Shown piece after piece: positions 11,223 through 19,917 of a DNA stretch of 64,000 bases. Each line of letters opens with the position of its first letter. Position 1 is the stretch's first letter. Source of the DNA: Polyangiaceae bacterium. Lineage in GTDB: Bacteria; Myxococcota_A; Polyangia; Polyangiales; Polyangiaceae. A program made the translations under genes and the position numbers. Under the pieces are notes generated by a model, which was not told the DNA's origin, searched no databases, and saw nothing but the letters and a program-made list of their open reading frames with translations. The DNA lies in NCBI GenBank assembly GCA_050287085.1, contig JBNKBE010000024.1, positions 30,283 to 94,282 of the forward strand. The letters are read 5' to 3'.

Positions 11223-11404
11223 GGCGCTCGCAGCGACGCCGACTGACCCGCCTGTTGGCCCCAGCCAACAGCAGAGCCAGCAGGCTGTTGGTCCATGACA
11301 ACGCAGCGGCCGAAGCGGGGCGCCCTGCGCGTCGCTGGCGGCCCCAAAGCGGCCTACAAACGCTGGACGCCACAACTGGCACGACCCGTGCAGCGTTCGC
11401 AAAT

Positions 11405-12328
11405 ATGAACTGCACCCTGAATCCGAGCCTTCCCTCCTGTCGAGACGCGTCAGCGCGCGCTGCCAGCGGAAACCAGCGGCGTCGACTCCAAGGGCCCCAA
11501 GCGCCCACCCACCGCCGCGCGCCGCGGCGATGGGCTGCTGTGCTGGGGATACCGGCGTTGCTCACCGCGGCGAGCTGCGCCCCCACCCTGACGCGCGAGG
11601 AGGCTCAAGAAGCCGTGGACGAGATTCAGTTCGCATCCGAGGGAGCTGCCCTGAGCAGTGAACACATCGAGCTCAGCACAAGCTTCACGCTGGGCCAGGG
11701 GCTGCGCAGCGCCGGGAGCGCGCTCGTGAGCACCTTGCGCGAGAACCTGCCCTGCGCCGCCATCACGCTCGACGCCGACCAACCGAGCGTGACGGTCGAC
11801 TACGGCACTCGCAGTGAGGCGTGCACAAGCGAAGCCCGCACGCCACTCAGCGGTCGGCACACGATCTCCATCGCTCGCGCCGACGCGGACGAAGTGATCG
11901 TCGACCACGTCTTTGACGCGCTCGCGACCGAGCGGGTGGAGCTCAGCGGAACCGCCACCGTCACGTGGAACACCGAAGACAAGACGCGACACGTAGTTCA
12001 CGACTCCGTCTGGACGCGCAAGAGCGATGGGCATAGCGCCGAGGGCAGCGGGGAGCGCACGCAACGCGCGCTCCCCGGGGGGCTCAAAGACGGGTTTGCG
12101 GTCAGCGGCCACCGAACCTGGAGCGGTCCGCGCGGCACGTGGAAACTCGACATCAACGACGTCGAGATGCGCTGGGAGGATCCAGTGCCCCAGGCCGGAA
12201 GCTACCAACTCGAAACGCCCAGCGGCGTCGAGATCGAACTCCGCTTCAAGCGAGAGTCTGAAAACGCCATTGCGGTGACGGCCGAAGGACCGCGACGCTC
12301 GTTCGAGTTTGTGGTGCGGCGCAAGTAG
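11405..12328 (+). CDS. Hypothetical lipoprotein (beta-rich)
   Basis: Hydrophobic stretch then LLTAASC lipobox; coding-like composition; start uncertain. Confidence 0.55.
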   Translation: MNCTLNPSLPSCRDASARAASGNQRRRLQGPQAPTHRRAPRRWAAVLGIPALLTAASCAPTLTREEAQEAVDEIQFASEGAALSSEHIELSTSFTLGQGLRSAGSALVSTLRENLPCAAITLDADQPSVTVDYGTRSEACTSEARTPLSGRHTISIARADADEVIVDHVFDALATERVELSGTATVTWNTEDKTRHVVHDSVWTRKSDGHSAEGSGERTQRALPGGLKDGFAVSGHRTWSGPRGTWKLDINDVEMRWEDPVPQAGSYQLETPSGVEIELRFKRESENAIAVTAEGPRRSFEFVVRRK

Positions 12329-12404
12329 CCGCCGCGGGCGTGCTCGCCGACAGGGCCTACCGGCGCCCTCGGCCCCGCAGCCGCGCAGCCCGCGCCGGCG
12401 CTGC

Positions 12405-12965
12405 CTAGCGAGCGGTTTTCGCCGCACTCGTCTCGAGCTCGGCGATGCGCGCGAGCAGCACCTGGTTTTCGCTCCGCAGCGCAAGCCCGCGCGACCGCTC
12501 CACCACCAGCTCTCGTTTCAGCCGCGCCACATCGAGGTGCGCGCCCAGACGACGTTTGAGCTCCTCGGCGTGCAGGGGCTTGACGACGTAGTCAACCGCC
12601 CCGGCGCCAAAGGCCTGACGACGGTTGAAGTCAGTGCCCAGCCCAGAAACGAAGACGACCGGGATATCCGCGGTAGCGGGCTCAGCTTTCAACAGCTCAC
12701 ACACCTCGATCCCGTCGCGCACCGGCATGTGCATGTCGAGCAGCACCGCGTCCGGCGATTGTTCGCGCGCCAGTTGCAGAGCCGCGACGCCATCGATGGC
12801 TGACAACACATCAAAACCCGACTCGCGAAGGGCCCGCACCACGAGCTCGAGGCTGACGGGATTATCGTCCGCGACCAGAACGCGGGGAGCCCGCGGAGTA
12901 CTTCGCTCCCTGAGCGACGAGTCCTCGGCCCTCTCAGCGTCTTCGACCAGCCGTGCTCCAGCCAT
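12405..12965 (-). CDS. Response regulator receiver protein with C-terminal coiled coil
   Basis: VLVADD, LLDMHMP..DG, VFVS, DYVVKP. Confidence 0.85.
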   Translation of the reverse strand: MAGARLVEDAERAEDSSLRERSTPRAPRVLVADDNPVSLELVVRALRESGFDVLSAIDGVAALQLAREQSPDAVLLDMHMPVRDGIEVCELLKAEPATADIPVVFVSGLGTDFNRRQAFGAGAVDYVVKPLHAEELKRRLGAHLDVARLKRELVVERSRGLALRSENQVLLARIAELETSAAKTAR

Positions 12966-13263
12966 AGTTCCCCCTCGGAAGCGACGCCAGCGCGGCGCGC
13001 GTGATATCTCCACCCCAAGCAGCGCCCCGGAGGCACCTCGCTCAGCCTGTCACGACAAGGGCGCAACGCCAACTGCTCACTCTTCCCCGCGTTCGGCCAC
13101 AACCCCAACCCTCAAAGCGCGCGGGCGCCGAAGGGCGCGCGGCGGGGGAACGAGCGAATTGGCAGCCCCGGCCTCAAATCCAAGGGCTCCCCGCCTTGTA
13201 CAGCTGGGCGCCCGCTCAAAATTCGATTTCGCCCTCGAGCTCGCCTCTGGCCAACACAAATGC

Positions 13264-13291
13264 TTGACGTCAGAAACGGGCCGGCTATGTT
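13264..13291 (+). promoter_or_regulatory. Sigma70-type promoter for tRNA-Asn
   Basis: TTGACG-N16-TATGTT followed by a GC-rich discriminator, about 45 nt upstream of the tRNA. Confidence 0.6.
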
Positions 13292-13337
13292 TCCCGCCCC
13301 GCTGCCCAGCGGGCCCCGCGCAAGCGGCCTCAATCAT

Positions 13338-13413
13338 TCCAGAATAGCTCAGTTGGTAGAGCGGTCGGCTGTTAACCGATTGGTCGTAGGTTCGAGTCCT
13401 ACTTCTGGAGCCA
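13338..13413 (+). tRNA. tRNA-Asn (GTT)
   Basis: Acceptor stem TCCAGAA/TTCTGGA, D-arm AGCTCAGTTGGTAGAGC, anticodon loop CTGTTAA, GGTTCGAGTCC T-arm, encoded CCA; 76 nt. Confidence 0.97.
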
Positions 13414-13456
13414 TTTACGGCGGTCCACCAAGAGGTGGGCCGCCACCAGTTCACAG

Positions 13457-13490
13457 AAGCCCCGGTCGGAAACGCCCGGGGCTTTTTCTT
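13457..13490 (+). terminator. Rho-independent terminator after tRNA-Asn
   Basis: AAGCCCCGG..CCGGGGCTT stem followed by TTTTCTT. Confidence 0.85.
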
Positions 13491-13764
13491 GTATCCCCCA
13501 GTCTTCGCAGGCTTCTACGCGACCCGTGACGGTCGCGATGCTCTCGGCCGCGAGCTCGCAGAGATCACGCGCGGTCACGACGACGGTGGTCTCGGGGCGT
13601 CCTCGGCTCTCTGTCTCTGAGATCGGGGAGAGAGCGCGGGGGCCTGGTTTACAGCGCGGCCCGTTTCGTCGGCGGGAGGCTCGAAGGCGGGTTTACTGCG
13701 CGATGGGGACACGCTCCGGTCTCCGAACGGGCAACGAACGCTACTGGACCGGCGCCGCGGCGCA

Positions 13765-16700
13765 TCAGCCGCCTTCGCCGCTCGGGGGCGCTGAGCTTCC
13801 AGAGCCCTCATAGGTCGAGTTGAACACCATGTCCGAGAGCCAGCGCTTGAAGCTCTCGTTGTCGCTGAATTGCTTGAAGAGCTGGGTGTCGTCCTTCATC
13901 AGGCTGATCAGGACGCGCTGGAGGGCCTTATCGTGCTCGATGCGGGCGTTGGTACGATCCGGGCGCTTCCTCGCGTTCTGGTAGGCTGGGTCGGCCGCGA
14001 CACGCTCGGGGATCTCTTCGGTGATCAGCTTGCGAACCCGATCGGCGTCCTCCCACGGGATGTTGCCGAAGAGGTCGTTGAAGGCCTTGATGATGTTCGA
14101 CAGCAGGTCGAGCTCGGGCTCGGGCTTGAAGCCGCCGCCAGCGACCGGTGCGGGCTCGATCTCCGCGTCAGCGTCCGGCAACTGGATCCGCATCGATGCC
14201 TGCTTCTCAACGCGGTAGCTGTCCATGTCAATTGCTTCGAGAATCCCCTTCGAGAGGTCCTCTTCCTTCGGGGATGGCAGCTTGGGCACCAGGAAGTTCA
14301 GGAAGATCGAGAGCTTCTCCCATGCGGCGTTCGTGTACGGCAGAATGGACGAGAGAAAGCCGTAGGCGCGGATGAAGGCCTTCGCTTTTCCCTTGAAGCC
14401 GACCTGCCCATCCTCGTCGAGCTGACCGACGTAGACGGCCACGCACACGTCCAGGATGGGATCCAGCTTGTCGCGCGGCTCTTCGTCCAGGTAACGACGC
14501 ACCAGTTCTTCCACCTGGGCGTCGTCGTAGACCTGCGCGCCGTCGAGGTCAGCTTTCAGATCGTGGAGCTTGTTGGGATCGGTTTCTCCGCTCAGAACGG
14601 TCGTGCGAAAGAACGGCTCGAACGACTTCTCGATGGCCTCGCTGTCGTTCATGAAGTCCAGCACGAACACGTCGTGCTTCTTGGGATGGGCACGATTCAG
14701 ACGAGAGAGGGTCTGAACAGCCTTGATGCCGGACAGCGTCTTGTCGACGTACATGGTGTGCAACAGCGGCTCGTCGTAGCCCGTCTGGAACTTGTCGGCG
14801 CAGATTAGGAATCGGTACGGGTCTTCAGCGACCTTGTCCGCGATTAGGCTCGACGGAAACCCGTTCAGACTGGCTTCGGTCACCTTGACACCGTCGTACT
14901 CGGGCTCGCCGGAGAATGCGACAATTGCCTTGTAGGGACTCTTGCGCTCCTCGAGGTACGCGGTGATGGCGTGAAAGTACTGGATCGCCCTCTGAATGCC
15001 ATTGGTCACCACCATGGCGCGAGCCTCGCCGTCGATCTTGCGGCGATCGATCACCTGCTCGTGGAAGTGGTCGACCATGATCTCAGCTTTGAGTCGGATC
15101 GCATGGTCGTTGCTCTCGACGTAGCGTCGAAGCTTCTTCTTGGCCCTCTTGGTGTCGAACTCCGGGTCAGCGCTGACGGTCTTCACGAGCTTGTAGTAGC
15201 TCTTGACCGGGGTGTAGTGGCGCAGCACATCAAGGATGAAGCCTTCCTGCGTGGCCTGTTTCATGGTGTAGCTGTGGAAGGGCCGTCGCTTGATCTCAGG
15301 ACTGGTCTCAGCCACCTCACCGAATAGCTCGATGGTCTTGCTCTTGGGCGTCGCGGTGAACGCAAAGTAGCTGGCGTTGGGCAGCATCTTCCGCGTCTCC
15401 ATGATGCGGTTGATGCGGTCCTCGTACGTCTCCTCCTCCTCGGCGTCCTGCTCGGACAGTGCCATCGACATCTTTGCGGAAGTCCGCCCACCTTGACTGG
15501 AATGGGCCTCGTCGATGATCACAGCGAAGGTGCGCGTGCGATGGGAGCTGCCCAGCTCTTCAAGTACAAACGGGAAGGTCTGAATGGTCGAGATGATGAT
15601 CTTCTTGCCCGACTCCAGGAAGCTTCGAAGTTGCTTCGTCTTCGACTGACCACCCTCGGTGACTGCTCCCACGGTGGCCCCCACCTGCGCGAACTGCTTG
15701 ATGGTGGCACGGATTTGCTGATCCAGGATTCGGCGGTCAGTGACGACGATGATGGAGTCAAAGGTCGGCTTTCCATCCTGCTGGAGGCGAATGAGCTGGT
15801 GCGCCAACCACGCAATCGAGTTTGACTTGCCGCTGCCCGCTGAGTGCTGGATCAAGTAGCGTCGCCCCGCCCCGCGCTCGCCGGCATCAGCGAGAAGCCG
15901 TCGCACGACATCAAGCTGGTGATAGCGCGGAAATATCTGGACGGTCTTCTTCTTGCCGGTCTTCTCGTTCTTCTCCTCGACGACTTGTGCGTAGTTCTCC
16001 AGGATGTCGGTGAGCCCAGTCGGCGTGAGTATGCGTTTCCAGAGGTAGTCGGTCTTGAGCCCCTCCGGGTTCGGGGGATTGCCCGCACCGTCGTTGTAGC
16101 CCTGATTGAACGGGAGAAACCAGGATGCCTTGCCCTTGAGATGCGTGCAGAACCGGACCTCGTGGTCATCCACCGCAAAGTGGGCAACGCACCGGCCGAA
16201 CTCGAACAGCTTCTCGCCGGGGAGGCGAGTGAGCTTGTATTGCTCGACGGCGTCGGCCACCGTCTGCTTGGTGAGGCTGTTCTTGAGTTCAAAGGTGGCT
16301 ACGGGAAGTCCGTTGATGAAGATCGCGAAGTCGAGTGCCCGCTGCGTTTCGTCACGGCTGTACCGGAGCTGGCGAGCGACCGAGAACCGATTGCACCGAA
16401 ACCGCTCTTCGGCGGCCACGTTGCCCGGCGTGGGCGTGCCGTAGAAGAGGTCGACATGGTGAGGGCCGTGCTCGATGCCGTTCCGCAAAACATCGATGAC
16501 GCCGCGCTTGCTGATCTGGCCTTGGAGCCGAGCGAGGAACTTTCGGCGAGTGGGGCCGTCGGCGGCCAGACCAAGCTCATCTACCAAGTCGTCCTGCGTG
16601 AGGCCGATGAACCCGGCGAGCTGCACCAAATCCACCGTGTACTCGCGATCGTAGTGGGTCGGATCACCAAGGATCCAGCCGGTGCCGCCGGCTACTGGCG

Positions 16701-16806
16701 CAGAGGTTCCCGTTGGCTTGTACGCCGGCACCAGGATGTCGGTCCGACCGGTCATGGCCCGGAGGATGAGCTCTTCGAGGCCCTTCTCGCTGGTGTCGGT
16801 CGTCAT
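13765..16806 (-). CDS. hsdR: Type I restriction endonuclease subunit R
   Basis: FELKN nuclease motif, HSAGSGKS Walker A, IIDEAH, FTATP, KFQTGYDEP, QTLSRLNR. Confidence 0.93.
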   Translation of the reverse strand: MTTDTSEKGLEELILRAMTGRTDILVPAYKPTGTSAPVAGGTGWILGDPTHYDREYTVDLVQLAGFIGLTQDDLVDELGLAADGPTRRKFLARLQGQISKRGVIDVLRNGIEHGPHHVDLFYGTPTPGNVAAEERFRCNRFSVARQLRYSRDETQRALDFAIFINGLPVATFELKNSLTKQTVADAVEQYKLTRLPGEKLFEFGRCVAHFAVDDHEVRFCTHLKGKASWFLPFNQGYNDGAGNPPNPEGLKTDYLWKRILTPTGLTDILENYAQVVEEKNEKTGKKKTVQIFPRYHQLDVVRRLLADAGERGAGRRYLIQHSAGSGKSNSIAWLAHQLIRLQQDGKPTFDSIIVVTDRRILDQQIRATIKQFAQVGATVGAVTEGGQSKTKQLRSFLESGKKIIISTIQTFPFVLEELGSSHRTRTFAVIIDEAHSSQGGRTSAKMSMALSEQDAEEEETYEDRINRIMETRKMLPNASYFAFTATPKSKTIELFGEVAETSPEIKRRPFHSYTMKQATQEGFILDVLRHYTPVKSYYKLVKTVSADPEFDTKRAKKKLRRYVESNDHAIRLKAEIMVDHFHEQVIDRRKIDGEARAMVVTNGIQRAIQYFHAITAYLEERKSPYKAIVAFSGEPEYDGVKVTEASLNGFPSSLIADKVAEDPYRFLICADKFQTGYDEPLLHTMYVDKTLSGIKAVQTLSRLNRAHPKKHDVFVLDFMNDSEAIEKSFEPFFRTTVLSGETDPNKLHDLKADLDGAQVYDDAQVEELVRRYLDEEPRDKLDPILDVCVAVYVGQLDEDGQVGFKGKAKAFIRAYGFLSSILPYTNAAWEKLSIFLNFLVPKLPSPKEEDLSKGILEAIDMDSYRVEKQASMRIQLPDADAEIEPAPVAGGGFKPEPELDLLSNIIKAFNDLFGNIPWEDADRVRKLITEEIPERVAADPAYQNARKRPDRTNARIEHDKALQRVLISLMKDDTQLFKQFSDNESFKRWLSDMVFNSTYEGSGSSAPPSGEGG

Positions 16807-17861
16807 GCCTCAGCCCCGCTCAATGGTGCGCACCAGCCCTTACGCGAGAGAACATTCAGAGCCAGGTGGATTTGCCGGTCGGAGAATTGCCGCTTGCGGT
16901 CGTTCCAGCCGTGAATCTCGGAGATAACTTCGTCTGCGGATTGCGGTTGTTTGCGAGTGGCTACCCAGTGAACAGTCGACAGAAGCTCGAGCCCAAAGGG
17001 CGACTCGAAGCCGTCGACGAGTTCGGAGACCTTCTGAAGGTGTGACCGCGTCGCCTCCTTGCCCTCGAGGAAGCTCTGAGCATCGCTCAGCGCCTTCGGG
17101 ACGAGCTCGAGTTGCTTGTCCGGAGCGTCGCCACCATCGGCGTAACCGGAAACCATGTGGCCCTCGATGGCATTGAGGACGTGACGCAGGTTCTCTGCGT
17201 AAGGGCCGTAGTGCGCTTCTCTGTACTTGAGCTTCAGCGGCTCTCCAGCCTCTTGGAGGAAGTACATCAGCTTGTGTAGCTCGAGTAGCGTCACGAAAGG
17301 ATCGAGCAGACCTGCTAGATATCGGTCCATCAGCGTGACCAGCGCCGCGCGTCCCGGCGTCATGTTCGGGACGTCGCTGGACCGATTCGGTCGCTCGTTG
17401 GGCTTGGCGTCTCGCGGCTCGAAGACCACGACTCGCACGTCTTCGAGGTTACTCAGCGCGCCCTCGATGCGCGCTCGAACCTGATTCCAGTCGAGACCCC
17501 CAAGGCCTGCACCGAGTGGCGGAATCGCGATCGATCGGATACCGCGCGCGCGAATTTCTTCGGCCAGAGCGACGAGGCCCGACTCGATATCCTCCATCCT
17601 GCTCTTGCCACGCCAGTGCCGCTTGGTCGGGAAGTTGATGATGTACCGCGGGTTCATGAGACGGCCCGTCTCGAAGACGAACATCCGTCCCGGCTCCACC
17701 TGCTTGCGCTTGCACGCGGCCGCGTAGACCTTGAAGTTCTCCGGGTAGGTCTTCTTGAACTGCAGCGCGATACCGCGCCCCATGACGCCAACGCAGTTGA
17801 CCGTGTTCACGATTGCCTCGCAGTCCTCTGCGAAGAGGTCTCCTGTCTTGTAGGTGATCAT
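16803..17861 (-). CDS. darG: DarG antitoxin (macrodomain DNA ADP-ribosylhydrolase + C-terminal domain)
   Basis: GDLF..NTVNCVGVMGRGIALQFK, INFPTKRHW, PPLGAGLGGLDW; C-term KLMYFLQ..YGPY..GFESPFGLELLSTVHW; alternative start 17879. Confidence 0.9.
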   Translation of the reverse strand: MITYKTGDLFAEDCEAIVNTVNCVGVMGRGIALQFKKTYPENFKVYAAACKRKQVEPGRMFVFETGRLMNPRYIINFPTKRHWRGKSRMEDIESGLVALAEEIRARGIRSIAIPPLGAGLGGLDWNQVRARIEGALSNLEDVRVVVFEPRDAKPNERPNRSSDVPNMTPGRAALVTLMDRYLAGLLDPFVTLLELHKLMYFLQEAGEPLKLKYREAHYGPYAENLRHVLNAIEGHMVSGYADGGDAPDKQLELVPKALSDAQSFLEGKEATRSHLQKVSELVDGFESPFGLELLSTVHWVATRKQPQSADEVISEIHGWNDRKRQFSDRQIHLALNVLSRKGWCAPLSGAEA

Positions 17862-17878
17862 GGTCTTCTCCCTCTTCA

Positions 17879-18523
17879 TCAGTAGTACCAACCCGGTATC
17901 TGCTCGACTGGCGGTCGATGGGCCGAGTGCTGGAGGCTCGCCAGCACCTTCGTCCGGGTGGCGATCGACTGCACCCCAACGCGCGTCACGAGTTCCCAGG
18001 GGAACTGCCGCTCCACGAGGAACTCGGCTTGTTTGCCCTCCTTGTGGGCTCGCCAGTCCGTGGCCTGAACCGCGGCCCAATCCACCTGATCGAGCTGAGC
18101 CAGGTCCGCCCGATCCTCGAAGTAGTAGGCGCCGGCATTGGAGAGCGTGAAAGCCCACCGCAGTCCGTTGCTCTCGGCCCACGACACAGTCGCCGCCAGG
18201 TCTGCCTCGAGGTGGACAATCGGGCCTTGCCCCCCCCGATAGCTCAACTCGTGGTGATTGCTCTGGTAGAGCAGGTACAGCATGATCGAGCGAGGGCAGA
18301 AGTAGAACGGTACGCAATCACCAACGTGAAGGCTCGGATGGCTGTCGAGAGTCAACTCCGTCAGTCGACGCTGTTTGATGTTGCTCATGCCGATCGTGGT
18401 GCCCGAGTTCCCAGCGCGCGCCACCATCGTCGCGTCGCACCAAAGCCACCCGTCGCCAAGGATCGACGGCAATCGATCCTCGTGGACGATGTGGTAAATC
18501 TTTGGCTGCGCGGGGACCGGCAT
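17879..18523 (-). CDS. darT: DarT DNA ADP-ribosyltransferase toxin (DUF4433)
   Basis: IYHIVH, VPFYFCPRSIMLY, FTLSNA, KQAEFLV catalytic QxE; directly upstream of darG. Confidence 0.9.
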   Translation of the reverse strand: MPVPAQPKIYHIVHEDRLPSILGDGWLWCDATMVARAGNSGTTIGMSNIKQRRLTELTLDSHPSLHVGDCVPFYFCPRSIMLYLLYQSNHHELSYRGGQGPIVHLEADLAATVSWAESNGLRWAFTLSNAGAYYFEDRADLAQLDQVDWAAVQATDWRAHKEGKQAEFLVERQFPWELVTRVGVQSIATRTKVLASLQHSAHRPPVEQIPGWYY

Positions 18524-18525
18524 CT

Positions 18526-19917
18526 TCAGTTCTCCACGCCTTCGTCTTCGTCGAATTCGTCGCCCGAGTCCTCAGCGTCGATATCCATCTCTTCCGGGTG
18601 AATGAGCGAATCGGGCAGATTGGAGGCAGCTTCCCGCACGTCGAGCTGCCCCGTCACAACGTCGGCGATGAGCCGGGACCGGTACTCACGTAATAGCTCT
18701 ACCTCTCGGCGCGCTACGGACAATGCCGACTCGATCTCCGAGGACTCGACCTCTATCGCCCGGAGGATCTCCTCTTGCTCGTCCAACGGGGGAAGAGGTA
18801 CCCACAATCTCCCAAACTGGTCGGTGTAGAGGCGCATGAATCCGGAGGACCCAGTACCGAGCCCCTTGGAGGCGAGACGAAACTCGGAGCACATCGCCTC
18901 AGTCTTGAAGAGACTCAGGTAGTACGAGGGGACGACGGTACTTGCTGGAACAAATACCGCGTAGTCGGGGCTGACGAGACCCGCCTGAGTCGGGACACCG
19001 AAGATCCCAATTGCCGCCCGCATACGGTTCATCACCAGCTGGCCTGGGACCACGTGCTTGTATCCGACAAGGGCGCTAGGCGGGATTGGCTTGTCGGAGA
19101 CATCCTCATGCGGAACGAGCCCCTGATACATCCTAAGCGACAAGAGCGTTTCGGTTCCGGTCTCGCTCCGCTTGTTGACCTCGCGGAAGAGCGTCTTCAG
19201 TCGTCGAACTTCCCAATGCTCCGGTACGTCGCCAAGCCACTCAACGCCGGACGGCTTAAGGCGCGCACCGGGATTAACACCTTGAGTGACAGCACGATGG
19301 ATGATGACCCGCTTCTGCTCCTCTAGCAGCTTGATGAGCTTCTTCTTCGCCTGGATGTAGCGTTGGATGCGGCCATTCGCGTAGCCGAGAAACCTGACGA
19401 TTGCTGCTTGCTCTTCGAGCGGAGGGAGAACCGCCGTCACGCGCTTCAGGTGGGGCCAGTACAGGTTTCTCTGGATAGAACCCACGCCTTTGGAACACAC
19501 CAGGTACTGACTGACCATTGTGCGTTCCCGGAAGAGCAGGTTCGCAAAGTCCGGGCGAAGTCTAGAATTGAGTGACAGCACGAGGTACGCAGGGCTTACG
19601 ATTCCTTTGTGCGCAGAAACACCCACCGAGCCGCGCCACGCCTGCTGGTTGTTTAGGACGAAGTCCCCGGGGTCCACCGCTTGGTACTTCGACAGGTCCT
19701 TGCTGGTTGCGTTGGTTCTCTTCTCCTCTACGTCCGAAAAACGGACGACGCCGAGATGCAGGTACACAGAGAGTAGTTCCCGGTGCTCCTTGTTGGTTAC
19801 AGACTTCGGACGAGCCAGCGCGCACAATGGCGCAGCATCCCAATGCGCTGGAATCTCAGGCAGCCACGAAATGGATGTGGGCCGCATCGTGGGATAGCCT
19901 TGCAGATCTTGAATCAC
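18526..19917 (-). CDS. hsdS: Type I R-M specificity subunit S
   Basis: Two TRDs separated by conserved PPLEEQ..SGVEWLGDVPEHW regions; ends VVTGQLDV. Confidence 0.9.
   Translation of the reverse strand: MIQDLQGYPTMRPTSISWLPEIPAHWDAAPLCALARPKSVTNKEHRELLSVYLHLGVVRFSDVEEKRTNATSKDLSKYQAVDPGDFVLNNQQAWRGSVGVSAHKGIVSPAYLVLSLNSRLRPDFANLLFRERTMVSQYLVCSKGVGSIQRNLYWPHLKRVTAVLPPLEEQAAIVRFLGYANGRIQRYIQAKKKLIKLLEEQKRVIIHRAVTQGVNPGARLKPSGVEWLGDVPEHWEVRRLKTLFREVNKRSETGTETLLSLRMYQGLVPHEDVSDKPIPPSALVGYKHVVPGQLVMNRMRAAIGIFGVPTQAGLVSPDYAVFVPASTVVPSYYLSLFKTEAMCSEFRLASKGLGTGSSGFMRLYTDQFGRLWVPLPPLDEQEEILRAIEVESSEIESALSVARREVELLREYRSRLIADVVTGQLDVREAASNLPDSLIHPEEMDIDAEDSGDEFDEDEGVEN

Noticed and set aside
16803..18317. 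504-aa ORF as listed in the track
   Set aside because: Its first ~150 codons overlap darT in another frame; the real darG starts at 17861 or 17879.
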